Positions 1 through 11,977 of a stretch of DNA of 64,000 nucleotides are shown here, piece by piece. The DNA comes from Dendrobates tinctorius. Taxonomy: Eukaryota. The stretch's first letter is position 1; each line of letters begins with the position of its first letter. The stretch is taken from assembly GCF_039654945.1 (NCBI RefSeq), contig NW_027361960.1, positions 17,484,001 to 17,548,000 of the forward strand, given 5' to 3'. The translations under genes and the position numbers were made by a program. The notes under the pieces are model-generated. The model ran no database searches. It had not been told where the DNA came from and worked only from the letters and a program-made list of their open reading frames with translations.

Positions 1-19
1 TCGAGACCACCTGTACACA

Positions 20-375
20 TACAAAAGTATTCACACCCCATGAACCTACACATTTTTTCCATGCTACACACACACAAACTTAATTGTATCTTATGTGATC
101 TACTAATAAAAAGCAGCAAGTAGCAGTAACTGCAGAGAAGGGTGGTCCCACAAAGTGTATTAAGTCAGGGAGCGGAATACAATTGCAAATCACAATTATA
201 AAATCTATATTTTTAAAATAATTACAAAACCATGTATAATTTTGTTTACACTTCACAAATACTTGCTACTTTGTATTAATATATCACATAAAAAAATCCC
301 AATAAAATACATTTAAACTTGTGGGTATAAAGTGAAAATGTTCACGGGGTATGAATACCTTTTCAAGCCATGTAC
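20..375. mobile_element. Degenerate non-autonomous Tc1-like element
   Basis: Imperfect inverted ends caaaagtattcacacccc ... ggggtatgaataccttttc, with Tc1-like AT-rich subterminal sequence. Confidence 0.5.
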
Positions 376-476
376 GTATTTTCAGTAGAAAGAGGCAAGA
401 TACCTGTCAGAAGCCTATCACCTCAAGAACAAGGTACTTTGAATTGAAGGGTCCATTTACACAAGCAAACAATCAT

Positions 477-899
477 TTAAAAAAAGGATATTAGGGACTT
501 CTATATTTAAAAAAAAAAAAAAAGTAATGTAGTTGCTAACAGAGGCAACTACCTGTCGGTTTTACCCGGCACTGATCATTGACCGCTCTCCTGCCAGAGA
601 TTCAGCCATTCCCTGTCAGAGCAGCAGTTTGTCTTCCTGTTGACAGGGCGGGACTACGGGACTATTGGTGTCATGCTGATTGACAGCTGGCTTCCACCAA
701 TTAGGCAGAGAAATGGCTGTCACTCACAATGACACCAATAGTCCCGCCCTGTCAACAGGAAGACAAACTGCTGCTCTGTTGACAGGGAATAGCCAAATCT
801 CTGGCAGGAGCAGTCAATGACCGGCGCCAGGTAAAACAGACAGGTAGTTGCCTCTGTTGGCAACATGCTTCTTTTTTAAGTCCTGGATATCCCCTTTAA
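477..899. mobile_element. Palindromic TTAA-flanked MITE (T2/Kolobok-type)
   Basis: Long internal inverted arms (aacagaggcaactacctgtc ... gacaggtagttgcctctgtt). Ends ggatatcccct-ttaa. Confidence 0.75.
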
Positions 900-1528
900 A
901 CAATGAACGTTACTATCATGACTCGAAACTAGTGAACAATATTAGACAAGTGGTTATATAGGACGAGGAGTGTAACATCAAACTTCGAGCACTAATCACA
1001 CAAACAAAATCTGAAATGTAGGTAGATTCAACCTTCAAATGCAATAAGTAATTCTAAGTATTTCTAATATAAGTATTCATAAGGCATTCGACAAACATTT
1101 CCGATGACAGTACATTGAAAATATATTGTAATTTATTTTTTTTTACAAAACTGCAAATATATACTGGTTCCAGCTCCTACTGATCGCATTGGAATATAAC
1201 CAGCCCTATTTAAGACTTGAATTTCTACCCCTTTCTGCAGATCAAATCGTTGCACATCATTTTTTCGCTTGCCTAAACATGCATCCACAATGAAAGTATT
1301 TTTAGGCCCATCGTTCAGTGACTAAACCCATTCACATTACACAATTATCAAGAACAATAGGTCGTTATAGTTAGAATGATGGATCGGCAGGTGTGAATGC
1401 AGTTTACCTTCCTAACAACTGCTAGGGGCAGGTTTGGGGGTGGCACCCATGCACGCTGGATGGTAGGCAAGTCTTGCTCCAATTGGCTGTTTTGGCCTAT
1501 ATAAATCACATGCATATGGCTACATTTT

Positions 1529-1958
1529 AGGCTGGTTTCACATTTGCGTTTGGAGGCGCAACGGACGCTCACCGTGAAGCTCCGCCCCCTGCCGCGCCTC
1601 CTCCGGTCAGCTCCGCCTAGGGTATGCAGGACGCATGCACCCATATCTTCAGCATTGGGTACCCAGGCCGTGTGCGGGTATGCTTTTGCCGCCGAATGAG
1701 TCCTTTTGACGGTGCAGCAACCTGCGCCAAACGCAACGTGTTGCATTTTGGTGCGATCGCCACACCGTCAAAAGGACGCATGCGGCGACAAAAGCATACT
1801 CGCACACGGCCTGGGTACCCAATGTTAAAGATAGGGTACGCAGGCCACATGCAGCGGCATGCGCCCATAGGCAGAGCTGACCGGAGGAGGAGCGGCAGGG
1901 GACAGAGCTTCACGATGAGCATCCGCTGCGCCTCCAAACGCAAATGTGAAACTTGCCT
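1529..1958. mobile_element. Palindromic Harbinger/PIF-type MITE
   Basis: TIRs aggctggtttcacatttgcg / cgcaaatgtgaaacttgcct. The entire element folds back and accounts for the mirror-image ORFs at 1617-1971. Confidence 0.8.
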
Positions 1959-3365
1959 CAGCGGAGTCTAGCATAGGCTTCGCAAAGCGTCATTATTCGA
2001 CAAAGTACGTTTCGAGTGTGGGGGGCACTTGTCCCTAACATCAATATTCAAACTCCAACCTCAACTTAGGGATACAACTGCATGCAAATGCCTGCATACA
2101 TCATGGTGGGTACCGCTACACAAACTGTACTCAGGTAAAAGATGATGCAACCAGGGTTGGAATTATACTTGCAAATGAGGGTTATGCCCCAAGACTGTGG
2201 TTAATTGCAGTATTTATTTATTTCAAAGTCTGCGCTTTTCTTAATTTCTTGCTTCTTTCCAAAAATGTACTGGGTAAGATGGTATCAACTCTGATGTTTT
2301 CCTCCTTCATAAAAGCTGAGAAAAATTACACCGATGGAGTCCCAGATCCAATACGCATCAGACCCCACTATCTTCTAATCAATGGCTGCCGATTTTAACA
2401 TTTTTCTATTCAGACTAAACAAAAATCAACCAGATTTTCTTGTGTTTTAGAAGTCACTGAATATGCACATCTTTTATTTTTAAAAGAAATAAACAAGTTT
2501 GGTATCTGCTTACCTTGTTAAGCGCCAACATACTACATTCCAGTATATTGGTAACAGCCTACATGCAGCATGTCAAAACAGTAATAATTGCTAGTTAGAA
2601 AAGCATAGGACAAGAACATAATGAACAATAAAAGCCAAGTGACAAGAGAGCTTACACATCATATAGACTGCATTCCTACTAACACTGGGGGAAGGATATT
2701 CCTGATGAAGTCAGATGTTAAAAGTCTATGTATTGTGACAGATGGACAAGCAGCGGATCAAGCCTGGTCTCTTTCATAACTTTAAGGTGTTTTAACTTCT
2801 CTAAAAAGGGATGGCATATTGCTAAAAAAAATAAGTTTACTTCTTAAAGAGAGTAATGTCACCCCATTGCTACTCCCATTACAGGGTTACACTGGCAACG
2901 GTCTGCTTACTCCGGGCTATAGTGGCACTGCCTGCAGAAGTATTTAGGCCAATTGTACTTACAAAGTGCATTTAAGGTTAGAAGCAGGACTGACGGATTG
3001 GATTCAAGCAATTGTACCTTTGGTAACTTTATAGTATGGAAATAGCTACAATTCTTTTATTTTGGAAATGTTAAAGACAATTTAAGTGACCACATGTGGA
3101 TTATGGAATCATTAATATGTGCAGAATCAAGGCATAAAGAACAAGGCCAAGTTCAGCCAAATCTAAATCAGTATCGTGGTCACTGTACACTTCTGCAACC
3201 TGCGGTATCTGTAAGGATTCGCTCCGAATGAACGGCCATGTCTTGGGCCTGGAAGCCCCACGGTGTCAGAACTGCTTCTAGACATTATGTGGTTATACTA
3301 TAGCTGCGTGCGGCAGAATTGTAGATGTATTTGCGGTAAGTGGGCGCCTCAAAAGTCATACCAAC

Positions 3366-3482
3366 CTTTTTCTTGTCTCTCATTGAGCCTTTGCCTCGAA
3401 CCATAATCTTGCATCCGGTTTCTGCTTCCAATTGCTTAGCAGTGAGTCCTCGTGGTCCAAGGATACGTCCAACAAAGTTAAA
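3366..3482 (-). CDS. qki: QKI coding exon 3 (KH domain core)
   Basis: Translates to [39 protein letters not shown] (KH GxxG loop GPRG). Acceptor ttctcttttag|TTT, donor AAG|gttggt. 117 nt, in frame with exon 2. Missed by the ORF track. Confidence 0.98.
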
Positions 3483-3510
3483 CTAAAAGAGAAGGAAGTC
3501 AATGTTAGAA
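3483..3510 (-). promoter_or_regulatory. Branch point and polypyrimidine tract of qki intron 2
   Basis: Minus strand reads TTCTAAC attgac TTCCTTCTCTTTTAG directly before exon 3. CTAAC matches the branch-point consensus about 22 nt upstream of the AG. Confidence 0.75.
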
Positions 3511-3590
3511 CCTCACAGTTATTTCACAGTTTGTAACCAAAAAGATTAAGTAGTTGCTCATCCAATTTATCAAGTGTTATAAACTGCAAC

Positions 3591-4001
3591 TTAAAGGGAA
3601 CCTAAAGCAGGCTTCAGCTATGTAATCTGAGAGCAGCATGATGTAGTGGCAGGAATCCCAATTCCAGCTATGTGTTGCTTGCTAGTCTGCATGCTGTTAT
3701 TTTGATACAATGTTTTCTCTACTGCAGATCTAAAAGTTCTCTAATGCGGAGGCTCTGTATAACTGCCCAAACCACTGATTGGCAGAAAACTACTAATCAG
3801 TGCTAGGGACAGGGGATACACAGTTCACTAGGAGGCATGTGGTTCCTAGTCTTGTAGTGATAATCTCCTACAGATAAACCACTTAGTGTACCGATACAAA
3901 AAACAGTCTAGGAAGCAACATATCCCTGAAATCAGGTTCATAACCACCACATCCTGCTGGTCTCAGAAAACAGCAAAAACCTGTTGACAAAATGCTTTTA
4001 A
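3591..4001. mobile_element. T2/Kolobok-type MITE (family also at ~10477-10860, ~50894-51317, ~61390-61740)
   Basis: ttaa-agggaacct start, shared motif tatgtaatctgagagcagcatgatgtag, TTAA at the right end. Confidence 0.7.
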
Positions 4002-4164
4002 GCTGAAACCCAGAAAAAACATTTGTTAACCTGGACTTCACCACACATTACAGACAAGATACACGACTCTAGTAACGGATCATTCAATGTGGGTTTACAA
4101 AGGCAGATTTCTACCTTTAACAAGCGAAGATCGACTGTATAAAGTCCATCAACACTTGTTTAAA

Positions 4165-4697
4165 AGCATTCTGTAATGCTGTAGATAAGCCGCCGATGAA
4201 ACCTGAAAGGTAAGAAAAAAAAGTTATATTATACTCACCAGGGGGGCGGGGGCGGTGGGTGTCACGGTCCGGCGCCTCCCATTTTCATACGATGATGTCC
4301 TCCTCCTAGCTTCTCCCTCGGCTCCTGCGCAGGCGTACTTTCTCTGCCCTGTTGAGGGCAATGTAAAGTACTGCAGTGCGCAGGCGCCGGGAAAGGTGAG
4401 TGAGGTCTGGCGCGTGCGCACTGCAGTACTCTGCTCTGCCCTCAACAGGGCAGAGAAAGTACGCCTGCGCAGGAGCCGAGGGAGAAGGAGGAGAAGATCA
4501 TCGTATGAAGATGGGAGGCACTGGACGGGACTGAGACACCCATCGGACCGGACCGAACACCAGGGTGAGTATAATATAACTTTTTTCTCATCTTTCAGGT
4601 TACATCGGGGGCTTATCTACAGCATTACAGAATGTAGATAAGCCCCTGATGTCGGTGCCGTCAGCTGATAAAGGGAATCTGTCACCCCATTTTCCAC
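4165..4697. mobile_element. Palindromic T2-type MITE (same family as 24703-25243)
   Basis: gcattctgtaatgctgtagataagcc ... ggcttatctacagcattacagaatg arms, with internal ctgccctgttgagggca palindromes. Confidence 0.75.
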
Positions 4698-5596
4698 CTA
4701 AGGCTGTGTGCCCATGATGCGATTTTTAAGCATGTTTGCCACGATTTTCGGCGTGAAAACGTTTAAAAATCTTGTACATGACGCACCCCATGCATTCCGC
4801 ACATGCTGTGCTTTATTCCGCGGCGGAATCGCATCACGGAAAAAAATCGCAGCATGATCATTCTTTTGTGCGGAATCGCAAAGAATTGCCGCGATTCCGC
4901 ACCCATAGGAATGCATGAGAATCGCTTACTTCCCGAATGTGGCTATGCCCACCATGCGGGAAGTTAAGCGTCTCATGTGTGGTTGGTACCCACGGTGTGG
5001 AGGAGAGGAGACTGTCCTACAGGCCCTGGGTACCATACCCCTGTAAAAAAAAAAAAAAAAAAAATGAATAATAAAAAAAAAAAAAAATCGGGGTATATTT
5101 ACCTTCTGACGTCCCGCGCTGCCATCCCGGGCCTCAGCGTTCCCAGTAATGCCTTGTGGCACGGTCCTGTGATGACGTGGTCTCGCGAGATCGCTATAGT
5201 AACGCGAGACCAACGTCATCACAGGTCTCGCAAGGCAATACTGGGAACGCTGAGGCCCGGGATGGCAGCGCGGGACGTCGGAAGGTAAATATACCCTTTT
5301 TATTATCATTTTTAACATTTTATCTTTTACTATTGATGCCGCATAGGCGGCCTCAATAGTAAAAAGCTGGTCACACTTGTCAAACACTATGTTTGACGAG
5401 TGTGACCAACCTGTCAATCACTTTCCAAGCGATGCTTCAAATCGCTTGGAAAGTGCTTGAGAAAATTGCGGCAAAATCGTGAACAGAATCGCGGTAAAAG
5501 CGAGGTGAAATCGCGCGGAAAAAAATGCGCGATTTCTGGGAAGGAGTCCGGTTTTCATTGTGCGTTTTAAAACGCTACGTGGGCCCACAGCCTAAA
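4698..5596. mobile_element. Harbinger-type non-autonomous element with internal palindrome
   Basis: taa-ggctgtgtgccca ... tgggcccacagcc-taa ends. Internal near-perfect hairpin at about 5092-5296. Confidence 0.75.
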
Positions 5597-5944
5597 GTTT
5601 AACATTAATCTCTGCCCAAAAGTCTGACTGACAGCCTAACATATAGGCTGAATGTGATGCGGCTGTCGAACAGCCATGGTGACTCGAACATAGTATTGCA
5701 GCACGCCAAAGATACTCTAGAGTACACGAGCGTGCTCTGACAACACCTTATCCCAGCACCTTCGCTCATCACTATTAAACAACTACCGTATATTAGCATG
5801 GATTTTAAAATTAAGTAAAATAGGTTTAAGAGATTTACTTAATAGTCTTTGCAGATTGTACAGTGAAATCTATGACCAATCCACTTTTTAGACTTTTTCT
5901 TTTACATAGCCAGGACCAAATTATATATACACAATAAGAATTTA

Positions 5945-6612
5945 ATACACTGCCAATTTTGCAAGTTTTCCTATCTACAAAGAATGGAGAGGTGTGTAAT
6001 TTTTATCATAGGTACTCTTCAGCTGTAATAGACAATCTAAAAAAAAAATCCAGAAAATCACATTGCATGATTTTTACATATTTAATTTGCATTTTATGGC
6101 ATGAAATAAGTATTTGATGCAATAGAAAAACAGAACTTAATATTTGGTTCAGAAACCTTTGCAATTACAGACGTCAGACATTTCCTGTAGTTCTTGACCA
6201 AGTTTAATCCATGACAGCGTAGTGTGTTACTAATGGTAATGTTTGAGACTGTGTTCTCAGCTCGCTTCCACTGCGGTTTGCCATCTCCTCCATTGTAGAG
6301 ATGATAAACCGCAGGTCTTTTGACCTGCAGATTTACCTGCGGATTTTACAAAACCCGCGCGGCCAAATCCGCACCCCAATCCTCAGCGTGTGCACATACC
6401 CTTAAAGAAAAACCAATAGGTCTGTGAGAGCCAGAATTCTTGCTGGTTGGCAATTGATCAAATACTTATTTCATGCAATAAAATGCAATTTAACTATTTA
6501 ATTTAAAAGTCATTCAATGTGATTTTCTGCCTTTTATTTTTAGATTCTGTCTCACATTCTTGGACGGTGGGAAAACTTGCAAAACTTGTAGTGTATGAAA
6601 TACTTATCTTTC
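5945..6612. mobile_element. Internally deleted Tc1-like element with ~200-bp inverted repeats and a nested MITE fragment (~6270-6403)
   Basis: tttgcaagttttcc...gaaaatcacattg...catgaaataagtatttga is mirrored by tcaaatacttatttcatg...caatgtgattttc...ggaaaacttgcaaa. Confidence 0.7.
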
Positions 6613-7326
6613 TAATTTAATAAAAAAATATATGAAATATTATAAAACATTTTATATGAAAAAAACAACACCACCAGTGTCGTTGAGAGAGTTAGAAAGT
6701 GTGGATCTGTATTACCATCACGTAAGTGTGCGATGTGTCGGTCAGCAATGAACCTTTCTAAAGCAGTTTAAGTGCAGGAAAGGAAAAACTTATATTCTAG
6801 TTACATTGTGCTGATCTTGGGCCACAAAGAAACGTTCCATAAACATAAGCACACCCAAAAATGGCTGCTATTCCTGCCTGAACTGTAACTATTCCAATAA
6901 TATGCTTAAAAGGTGGATAATTCTGCCATCCAGATTCTGGTAAACGCTACAAGAGTGATGTTTAGTTTCCCTGCCAGTCTGCCTATGTGATTTCTATATA
7001 CAACACTGCACATGTGGGCGAGAAAACGGTGGGATTTTAGCATTCAGAACCACAAATCTACCATTAGAATTAAAAACTGGAAGGCACAGTAGCCAGAGAT
7101 TTTGCAGAGTTTCGACATATTTCTCCAAATACATTTTGCAATTATTGATAATGTTCTGCCCTATGAAACGAGGTGCACTATGGAGAAAAACTACACAAAT
7201 GGAAAAGAATCATCCTGGATATTTATAAATTGGACACTATGGTACTTGCCCCATAAATCCTTTGATTTATGGGTAATATTTAAAGGTTTGGTTATCCAGA
7301 CAATTATATATATATACACACACACA

Positions 7327-8540
7327 CACTCACTGGCCACTTTATTAGGTACACCATGCTAGTAACGGGTTGGACCCCCTTTTGCCTTCAGAACTGCCTC
7401 AATTCTTCGTGGCAGAGATTCAACAAGGTGCTGGAAGCATTCCTCAGAGATTTTGGACCATATTGACATGATGGCATCACACAGTTGGCGCAGATTTGTC
7501 GGCTGCACATCCCTGATGCGAATCTCCCGTTCCACCACATCCCAAAGATGCTCTATTGGATTGAGATCTGGTGACTGAGGAGGCCATTTGAGTACAGTGA
7601 ACTCATTGTCATGTTCAAGAAACCAATCTGAGATGATTCGAGCTTTATGACATGGAGCATTATCCTGCTGAAAGTAGCCATCAGATGTTGGGTACATTGT
7701 GGTCATAAAGGGATGGACATGGTCAGCAACAATACTCAGGTAGGCTGTGGCGTTGCAACGATGCTCAATTGGTACCAAGGGGCCCAAAGAGTGCCAAGAA
7801 AAAATTCCCCACACCATGACACCACCACCACCAGCCTGAACCGTTGATACAAGGCAGGATGGATCCATGCTTTCATGTTGTTTACGCCAAATTCTGACCC
7901 TACCATCCGAATGTCGCAGCAGAAATCGAGACTCATCAGACCAGGCAACGTTTTTCCAATCTTCTACTGTCCAATTTCGATGAGCTTGTGCAAATTGTAG
8001 CCTCAGTTTCCTGTTCTTAGCTGAGAGGAGTGGTACCCAGTGTGGTCTTCTGCTGCTGTAGCCCATCTGCCTCAAAGTTCGACGCACTGTGCGTTCAGAG
8101 ATGCTCTTCTGCCTACCTTGGTTGTAACGGGTGGCAATTTGAGTCACTGTTGCCTTTCTATCAGCTCGAACCAGTCTGCCCATTCTCCTCTGACATCAAC
8201 ATGGCATTTCCGGCCACAGAACTGCCGCTCACTGGATTTTTTTTCTTTTTCGGACCATTCTCTGTAAACCCTAGAGATGGTTGTGCGTGAAAATCCCAGT
8301 AGATCAGCAGTTTCTGAAATTCTCAGACCAGCCCTTCTGGCACCAACAATCATGCCACGTTCAAAGGCACTCAAATCACCTTTCTTCCCCATACTGATGC
8401 TCGGTTTGAACTGCAGGAGATTGTCTTGACCATGTCTACATGCCTAAATGCACTGAGTTGCCGCCATGTGATTGGCTGATTAGAAATTAAGTCTTAACAC
8501 ACAGTTGGACAGGTGTACCTAATAAAGTGGCCAGTGAGTG
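7327..8540 (-). mobile_element. Tc1/mariner DNA transposon, DD36E (Incomer-type), near full length
   Basis: Perfect 29-bp TIRs CACTCACTGGCCACTTTATTAGGTACACC (7327-7355 / 8512-8540), 1214 bp, TA-rich flanks. Catalytic triad WSDES / QQDNA / NPIEH with 36 residues between the second D and E. Confidence 0.93.
7359..8392 (-). pseudogene. DD36E transposase with a single frameshift
   Basis: N-terminal HTH ORF (MGKKGDLSAFERGMIVGARRAG...) at 8392-8144 and catalytic ORF at 8183-7359 are in different frames. No internal stops otherwise. Confidence 0.92.
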
Positions 8541-8549
8541 AGTGAGTGA

Positions 8550-8602
<53 letters not shown>
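8541..8602. repeat. (AGTG)n/(TG)n/(TA)~24 microsatellite abutting the right TIR
   Basis: Read directly from the sequence. Confidence 0.95.
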
Positions 8603-8607
<5 letters not shown>

Positions 8608-8874
8608 GATCATAAGAAAACTGACGAATTTACACTTCCTCACGTGGGTGTTCTCTTAAGAGGAAAGAAGACGCGCACTCTTGCTATGAAGAGGTGCTGA
8701 CTGAGCGTGGATAGACCACAGACAGTAGTAAATGGATGGACAGTCGCACTCAAACAATCTTTGCAAAAAAGTCTTTGAAAATTTTTTTTTATGATTTTTA
8801 ATTCATGTGAGATTTTTCCAATAAAATCAAATAAAACACTGCAAACAAAAAATAAATATTCCAAAGGCGAGTAT

Positions 8875-8922
8875 TATATGGTTACGTTTTGACCTAATCC
8901 TACGTCTTTCTCAAACCATACT
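8875..8922 (-). ncRNA. Decayed minimal type I hammerhead-like motif (U3-A8 variant, G12 lost)
   Basis: Minus strand: GUAUGGU-UUGAGAA-A-GAC(10 nt)GUC-AAAA-CGUA-ACCAUAU. 7-bp stem I, stem II, palindromic ACGU stem III. GAAA appears as AAAA at a CpG. Confidence 0.55.
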
Positions 8923-11900
8923 GCAAGAGAAAATGTAGAAAATTACAACACTGAAATAGGTGAACAAAGTAACAAACAACTGGAGATATACCGTAATTAT
9001 ATACAAAATAATTATATACAAAAAATAGTAAAAAAAAAAGGGTTAAAAGGGGGGAGGAGAAGGGGGGATGGGGTTTGTTGAAGAGACCCAATATATACTC
9101 GGGTATACAAAAAGAAATGACAACATAGGGATCTATAAAATACCCAAGAAAATGCCCAGTTGATCAGGGGGACATAAACTGGAGGGTGTCACAGGCTATT
9201 GGCAAAAGTTAATATATATAAGACATTATGCTTCATAAATAATATGACGGGGGGGTGGTGGAGGCAGGCGGCAAACACAGAAAAGTGTGGCAGGTATAGT
9301 CTGTACTGACCTCAAATAAATTTTATATTTATTTAGATCATTTGCTGATTATTTTTCTTTAATATTTTGGACTGACTTATCCCCAATCCAGCCAGGTCCT
9401 TCCCAATAAACATGTACTACCACTTTTTCTGCCATGTGCGGTTCTGCATCTATTTTGTAGCATTGCAGGACTTCTCATGAGTGGAGCTGAGTGGCTTTAA
9501 GCTTTAGGCTGTTACTGATCTTTACCCCCCATTAGTTGAGTAGCATCAATATTTCCTTTCTACCTATCCGGTCTATGGGATCCCTAGACGAACACCGGCT
9601 TTATACACCGCGGAACCATTAATGACACTCCCTCTTGGTTGGTGATACTGGGTGGCCGCAGACAGAGACATTGTCCTCGGTCCTTTATGTACTTTGCTGC
9701 TCATTATGACGGGGACTGTGGACAGCTGATGCTTAACGGTAATTATTTTTACGACATTACGTTGTGGGTGAACTGTTTTTTTTCAATATAATGATATTAA
9801 TCGTGCTATACTGTCCATTATGAATCACATTTGGTATAATGCTGATCTTTCTTAATTCATTTTCCACTATAATGCACCTTTTTCCCTAATGATTATTGGA
9901 TTCTTGACTTGTATTTATACTGGTATACGGGCCGGTCGTAACCTCCTCCTCACACATGCCCACAATTCTATCACTCTGGCTCTGCTGATGGTCGGAACGC
10001 CCCGATTCAGTTTTGCGTAATAAGAAAGCACCAGTACAACAATTTGGTCTGAGACATTTGGCTCCAGAGTATCTCAGCTGTTCTAATACATTGATCCGTA
10101 TCCACTGCCATTTTGTCAATTTTTATACTCTGCAGGAAACATCTAGAAGAGTAATCGCCCATCTTAGAAAACAACATTTACTGAGTATTAATTGTACAAG
10201 AAGTCATATAAACGGTTCACTATAATTCAAGGACGGGGAGGGAATTAAAAAAAAACTTGAGTTTTCTGAATAAACTGGTAGGAAGTTGCTGCATAGGATG
10301 GTTATTAGGGTATATTTATGTTTATTAGCTTCTCTGCCTAAAAACCTGTTCCATATATCTGAGGACAGTCAGAAATTCCTGTAACAAATGTGCTGCGTGT
10401 AAACACAGCCCAAAGGAGCCCTGGTGCAACACAACCCACATCACTGGTCTTCAGACAAAGCATGAAACAAGCGGCCTTAAAGGGAATTAGTCAGCATTTT
10501 TGTGTTATGTAATCTGAGTGCAGCATGATGTAGGGACAGAGACCCTGATTTCAGCGATGTGTCACTTACTAGGCTGCTTGCTATAGCTTTGATAGAATCC
10601 CAGTTTTCTCTGCTGTATAACAATCGCTTTCAGCCTGATTGGCAGCGACCACAGTACATTGTTCATGGTCAGCATGCTGCCAGTCAGTGGTGGGGGTGGG
10701 GCTACACAGAAAAGCCCGACTGGTCTGCATGTGAGACCTAGTCAGGCTGCGATAATCACCTGCTGACAAAACACTGATTGTCTGGAAACTACAACACAGC
10801 CTAATAAGTGACATCTCTGGAAAGTGTCCCTTTCTATATTGTACTGCATTTGTATTAAAGGGAATCTGACAACAGGTTTGTGCTATTTAATTAAACTAAA
10901 TACAGCGTGATCTTAGGGATATGAAGGCAAGCAGCATAGGAACCAGATTCAGAAATGCACAGGAAGTCCCATCCTAATTTCATTATTTAGAACTGCTTAA
11001 TACAGACGGTTTGCACTGTGCTTGTATGTCGGTGTCTAAATAGAAATGTCAATATTCTATAACAATTTGGGTTTTTAATTACACGCAGGGATATAGCAGT
11101 CATTGACACTGTGAACCTGTAATGTCCCTCAGACAAGGGCACTGATACCACATCCTTCTAAAGCACTTTTGCTCTGAAGATGACACTTCTAAATGCCCTT
11201 TTAAAACCGTGCTCTTAGAAGTTTAACAAGCCAGACGATAAATATGATATATTGCTACCTGTCTAAGACTGAGCAAAAATAAAATAAATAAAAGTCAAAA
11301 TACTCATACTCATTTTCCGGATAGTGAATGTTAATTCACCCCCCCCCCCCGCATCAATGAAACACAGACAAGGATTGACCTTCTACAGAACAGGCCAAAT
11401 TCATAGAGAACGTTGTCCGAAAAAAGAACATGGCTCAAGGAAAGAATAAATTCTTGCCATCTTCTGTTCGCTATTTAGAAGAAAGCTGGGAAACAATCAA
11501 TGCCTACCACCATAGCTTCCCCGGACTGCTGAACGCCTAATATGACCTTACAGAAGATAGATTGTCTAGCATTCTGCCACATAACTAGGCAGATTCTGGA
11601 ACTAAAGGAGGGGACACTGTACACCAACATTGTCCAAACCTACAGACATCGAAAAGTTGGGCCGGCAGCTTAATGTGTATGGGGACCTCCCGACTCTCCC
11701 CCAACATCTATTAGAGGACAGAGTTATCTAGCAATTCCTATTTCACAAAACAGATCTTTGTTCTGAAAGACATTTAGCCGCAGCTCCCATACGGAGACCA
11801 AAGGCCAAGAGAACGCTCCAGTGTATACGTACCATCGTTCTGCCGACAGCCATCAAAAGTGTACGCGGGCAGAAGGGAGCGGGGAGGATTAAAGCAGTCC

Positions 11901-11977
11901 AAACAAGCTATATAACTTCTCACTTGCCTGACTTATATGCATGCTTGGAATTGGGAGCGTGTACATGTATGAGTAGG

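Noticed and set aside
1348-1971. Overlapping sense and antisense ORFs with the same peptide
   Set aside because: Artefact of a palindromic MITE. The same applies at 24857-25076 and 33638-34170.
2700-2735. CTGATGA motif as a hammerhead (also 54621)
   Set aside because: No stem II followed by GAAA and no closing stems.
1-3365. QKI exon 4 (EEQNRGKPNWEHL...)
   Set aside because: Not found by eye. It presumably lies beyond the left edge, as exon 1 lies beyond the right edge.
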